Source: Candidatus Nomurabacteria bacterium GW2011_GWA2_40_9
Lineage (GTDB): Bacteria; Patescibacteriota; Minisyncoccia; Phycocordibacterales; UBA9973
Length of the DNA: 56,357 nucleotides
Reading direction: 5' to 3'
Assembly: GCA_000993955.1 (NCBI GenBank)
Contig: LBZW01000006.1
Location: 1 to 56,357, forward strand
In this document: in pieces, positions 53,966 to 56,357 of the stretch
Layout: every line of letters begins with the position of its first letter
Position numbering within the stretch: position 1 is the first letter of the stretch
The notes under the pieces: generated by a model
Database searches by the model: none
The model's input: only the letters and a program-made list of their open reading frames with translations
Told to the model about the DNA's origin: nothing
Program-made: the position numbers and the translations under genes

Positions 53966-55137
53966 GCTCGCTTCCTTTCATTCACCAAATGATTATATAA
54001 TTCATCTATATTAATTAAAAGTTTTTCTTTTCCAAAATTTTCAAAAACAAATTTTTGTCCAGTTTTGCCCATTTTTTGTCTCATATCTGAATGATCGAGT
54101 AAATATATTATTTTTTGCACAAATTCATCTTCATTCTGTAAAGGTATTACATACCCATTCTCACTCAATACAACATCTCTCACCCCTCCCACATCCGAAG
54201 CAATAACCACTTTCCCACATGCCTGAGCTTCAATCAAAGACACCGGAGTTCCCTCATTCAAAGACGTTAAACACACAATATCCAAAACCTCATAAATGGG
54301 CTTTAATTCTTTTTGCCATCCCAAGAGGGAACAATGGGCTAAAAGTTCACCATTGCAAATCTCATCTTGAATTTCTCTATAACACTCCCCATTCCCCACA
54401 ATCACAAAATGCACATCTTGTCTTATCTGAATAAGTTTTTTAGCAATTTTTAGAAATAACCCGTGATTTTTAATGGGAGTAAGTCGCCCCACAATCCCAA
54501 TAAGATATTTATTTAAAGGCAAATTTAATCGTTTCTTTAGTTCTATATTGTCCTGATGAGTCCCAACAAAATGGCTAAGATCAAAGCCTAATGGAATAAC
54601 AAAAACTTTATGTTTAGAAGCTATTTTATACTTATTTACTAAATCTTCTTTTTGACGAGTGCTAATGGCAACAATGCCTGTTGTAAAATATGCTAATATT
54701 TTTTCTACTTGTAAAATTATCCACGTTTTAAAAGGATTAAAGTATCCCTTAAAAACATGGCCGTGAAAGGTGTGAACTCGAATGGGAACTCTTGTTATAA
54801 TAGCTGCTAAACGTCCCAATACTCCTGCTTTTGCGGTATGCGTATGAACAATATCGGGTTTTTCTTGAATTAATAATTTTACAATTTTAACAAAAGCTAT
54901 AAAATCTTTCCAAATCTGCACATTTCTTCCAAGTTCAGGAATAAAAACATGACGATATTTCTTTGATGTCCGCAGTAGGTACGACATATCCCCTTCTTTT
55001 TGATCTACATTACCTGTTACCAAGATCGTCTCGTAAGGAGGAGATAGGTGTTCACTTAAAAGTGTTACCTGAAGAGAAGGCCCTCCAATATTAAGCCTCG
55101 AAAAAATTCGTACGATCTTTATGGGTTTATGTTCCAT
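53962..55137 (-). CDS. GT-B glycosyltransferase (family 4/'group 1')
   Basis: C-terminal EX7E region: SLNEGTPVSLIEAQACGKVVIASDVGGVRDVV. Confidence 0.8.
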   Translation of the reverse strand: MEHKPIKIVRIFSRLNIGGPSLQVTLLSEHLSPPYETILVTGNVDQKEGDMSYLLRTSKKYRHVFIPELGRNVQIWKDFIAFVKIVKLLIQEKPDIVHTHTAKAGVLGRLAAIITRVPIRVHTFHGHVFKGYFNPFKTWIILQVEKILAYFTTGIVAISTRQKEDLVNKYKIASKHKVFVIPLGFDLSHFVGTHQDNIELKKRLNLPLNKYLIGIVGRLTPIKNHGLFLKIAKKLIQIRQDVHFVIVGNGECYREIQDEICNGELLAHCSLLGWQKELKPIYEVLDIVCLTSLNEGTPVSLIEAQACGKVVIASDVGGVRDVVLSENGYVIPLQNEDEFVQKIIYLLDHSDMRQKMGKTGQKFVFENFGKEKLLINIDELYNHLVNERKRA

Positions 55138-55183
55138 TTAAGAAATTGACTTCATTCTTTCAAATAGTATACTTTTTAAAAAT

Positions 55184-56176
55184 ATGTTTTATCCCCTAAT
55201 ACTCTACAAAATAACTTTATTATTATTACTTAGTTCTTTTTGTCTATCTTATTTATTAACCCCCATTGCACAAAATCTTGCATTTCGATTTAATGTTTTA
55301 GACACTCCCAATTATCGAAAAATCCATAAAAGCCCCACTCCTTTACTCGGAGGATTGGCCATTTTTTTGGCTTTTTTATTCACTTTAGTTTTCTTTTATC
55401 TCCTCATTTCTTATCAGCTTTTCATTACGGGGCCCGCTTTTTTCTCTTTTGGTGAAGAAAAGCTTTTTTGGCTAAAAATGGCCCTCTACCTTATTTGCTC
55501 TCTCTTTATTATTTTAATTGGCATTCTAGATGATTTTAAAAGCCTTGATTTTAAGTTAAAACTTCTTATTCAAAGTTTGGTGGCGTTCATCATGGTTTTT
55601 AGTGGGTCAAGATTAAATTTTTTCCACCTCTCTTATCTCAATGCTCTTATTTCCTTTTTTTGGATTGTAGGGCTCACTAATTCCTTTAATCTTCTGGACA
55701 ATATGAATGGCCTATCTTCTGGCTTAGCCATTATCATTCTTTCTCTTTTTGCTTTCTTAGCCTATACCACCCATCACGCTCTTTTTGCTCTTTTCTTATT
55801 AATCCCCATTGGAAGTTTACTTGGGTTTTTACCTTACAATTTTCCAAAAGCTCGAATTTTTCTAGGTGACACAGGAAGTCTTTTTATCGGTTTTTCATTG
55901 GCCACTTACTCAACCTGGTTATTTGATCATTTAATTAAATCCAACACTTCTCATTGGGCCGTTTTGATTGGGATGCTTTTTTTACTTTTTATTCCTCTTT
56001 GCGATACCCTTACCGTTATAGCCATTCGAATTAAAAAACATCACCCCATTTACGTTGGTGATACAAATCATCTTTCCCATCAACTAGTCAAAAGAGGACT
56101 TGCCCCCACAAAAGCAGTACTCATTCTCTTTATGGGTTCTTTACTGACAGGAATTTTGGGATTATTGATATTTTAA
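55184..56176 (+). CDS. Polyprenyl-phosphate N-acetylhexosamine-1-phosphate transferase (MraY/WecA superfamily), initiating enzyme
   Basis: 10-11 TM segments. DDFKSL, NSFNLLDNMNGLSSG, FLGDTGSLFIGF and HLSHQL motifs. Confidence 0.8.
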   Translation: MFYPLILYKITLLLLLSSFCLSYLLTPIAQNLAFRFNVLDTPNYRKIHKSPTPLLGGLAIFLAFLFTLVFFYLLISYQLFITGPAFFSFGEEKLFWLKMALYLICSLFIILIGILDDFKSLDFKLKLLIQSLVAFIMVFSGSRLNFFHLSYLNALISFFWIVGLTNSFNLLDNMNGLSSGLAIIILSLFAFLAYTTHHALFALFLLIPIGSLLGFLPYNFPKARIFLGDTGSLFIGFSLATYSTWLFDHLIKSNTSHWAVLIGMLFLLFIPLCDTLTVIAIRIKKHHPIYVGDTNHLSHQLVKRGLAPTKAVLILFMGSLLTGILGLLIF

Positions 56177-56184
56177 CTTAAAAA

Positions 56185-56357
56185 ATGAATTCTTCAGAAA
56201 ATATTATTTGTTTTTCCTCTATTGACTGGGATTTTATTTGGCAAGGGCATCAGCAAATCATGCAGACCTTCGCCAACCAAGGCCATAGAGTGCTTTTTAT
56301 AGAAAACACCGGAGTTCGATCCCCTGGGATTAAAGACATTTCCAGAATTAAAAAACG
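56185..56357 (+). CDS. Glycosyltransferase (GT4-like), N-terminal fragment running off the window
   Basis: From the ATG at 56185 my translation reads MNSSENIICFSSIDWDFIWQGHQQIMQTFANQGHRVLFIENTGVRSPG..., the common N-terminus of GT-B group-1 enzymes. It is open to the window end. Confidence 0.5.
   Translation, partial: MNSSENIICFSSIDWDFIWQGHQQIMQTFANQGHRVLFIENTGVRSPGIKDISRIKK

Noticed and set aside
443-54434. About 35 short ORFs (60-129 aa) in the track, nested in or antisense to long genes. Examples: 443..631, 2411..2641, 3308..3697, 8181..8905, 10968..11351, 13084..13383, 17584..18049, 36781..37038, 45762..45965, 49772..50092 and 52433..52861.
   Set aside because: All lie inside longer ORFs that have clear family motifs. 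Their translations are low-complexity with no recognisable motifs. AT-rich DNA produces such shadow ORFs by chance.
1-56357. CRISPR arrays, tRNA/rRNA genes, transposases, integrases, prophage or defence-system genes, and rho-independent terminators at convergent junctions (25509/25512, 31320/31371, 34207/34248).
   Set aside because: I scanned for spaced direct repeats, cloverleaf-like segments, recombinase or nuclease motifs, and GC-rich hairpins followed by T-runs. None was found apart from the MITE-like element at 38360-38495.

Overview
AT-rich bacterial window (about one-third G+C by eye, not computed). It is densely coding, with about 55 genes, and many are joined by 4-nt ATGA/TTGA start-stop overlaps. 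No rRNA, tRNA, CRISPR array, transposase or integrase was recognised. The first ~4 kb looks like housekeeping: a PLP aminotransferase, a fused oxidoreductase, a papain-like peptidase and folK. From ~4.1 kb to the window end there is one very large surface-glycan biosynthesis island made of several modules. (1) A legionaminic/nonulosonic-acid-type module at 5.2-14.5 kb, plus a NeuD-like acetyltransferase at 23.05 kb. Its NeuB-type synthase is visibly broken. (2) A + strand operon at 14.6-25.5 kb. Its core reproduces, in the same gene order, the Campylobacter jejuni Cj1420/19-Cj1418-Cj1417-Cj1416-Cj1415 pathway for the O-methyl-phosphoramidate (MeOPN) donor 3'-phospho-cytidine-5'-diphosphoramidate. 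Here the glutamine-kinase-like enzyme carries an extra N-terminal nucleotidyltransferase domain. The operon continues into an orphan protein, a formyltransferase-fold protein and a sulfotransferase-fold protein. (3) An ABC exporter, an FkbM methyltransferase, a radical SAM/SPASM enzyme and three ~600-aa orphan GT-B-like transferases. (4) A long minus-strand operon at 34-55 kb. It encodes a CDP-hexose branch, a UDP-(N-acetyl)hexosaminuronate branch, and a polyprenyl-phosphate GT2 with a YdjC deacetylase and a GT-C transferase for extracytoplasmic modification. It also carries GT2/GT4 enzymes and many methyltransferases, and is primed from a divergent WecA/MraY-family gene. The most notable sequence-level signals are a G10-A-G6 tract inside SAM-binding motif I of one methyltransferase and a G8 tract in another. 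These are candidate phase-variation switches and are very unexpected in such AT-rich DNA. There is also a ~120-bp MITE-like palindromic element with an 8-bp direct-repeat flank, inserted between two co-transcribed genes. At least five glycan genes are interrupted by frameshifts and/or internal deletions. All functional calls come from motif recognition in the supplied translations; no database search was possible.
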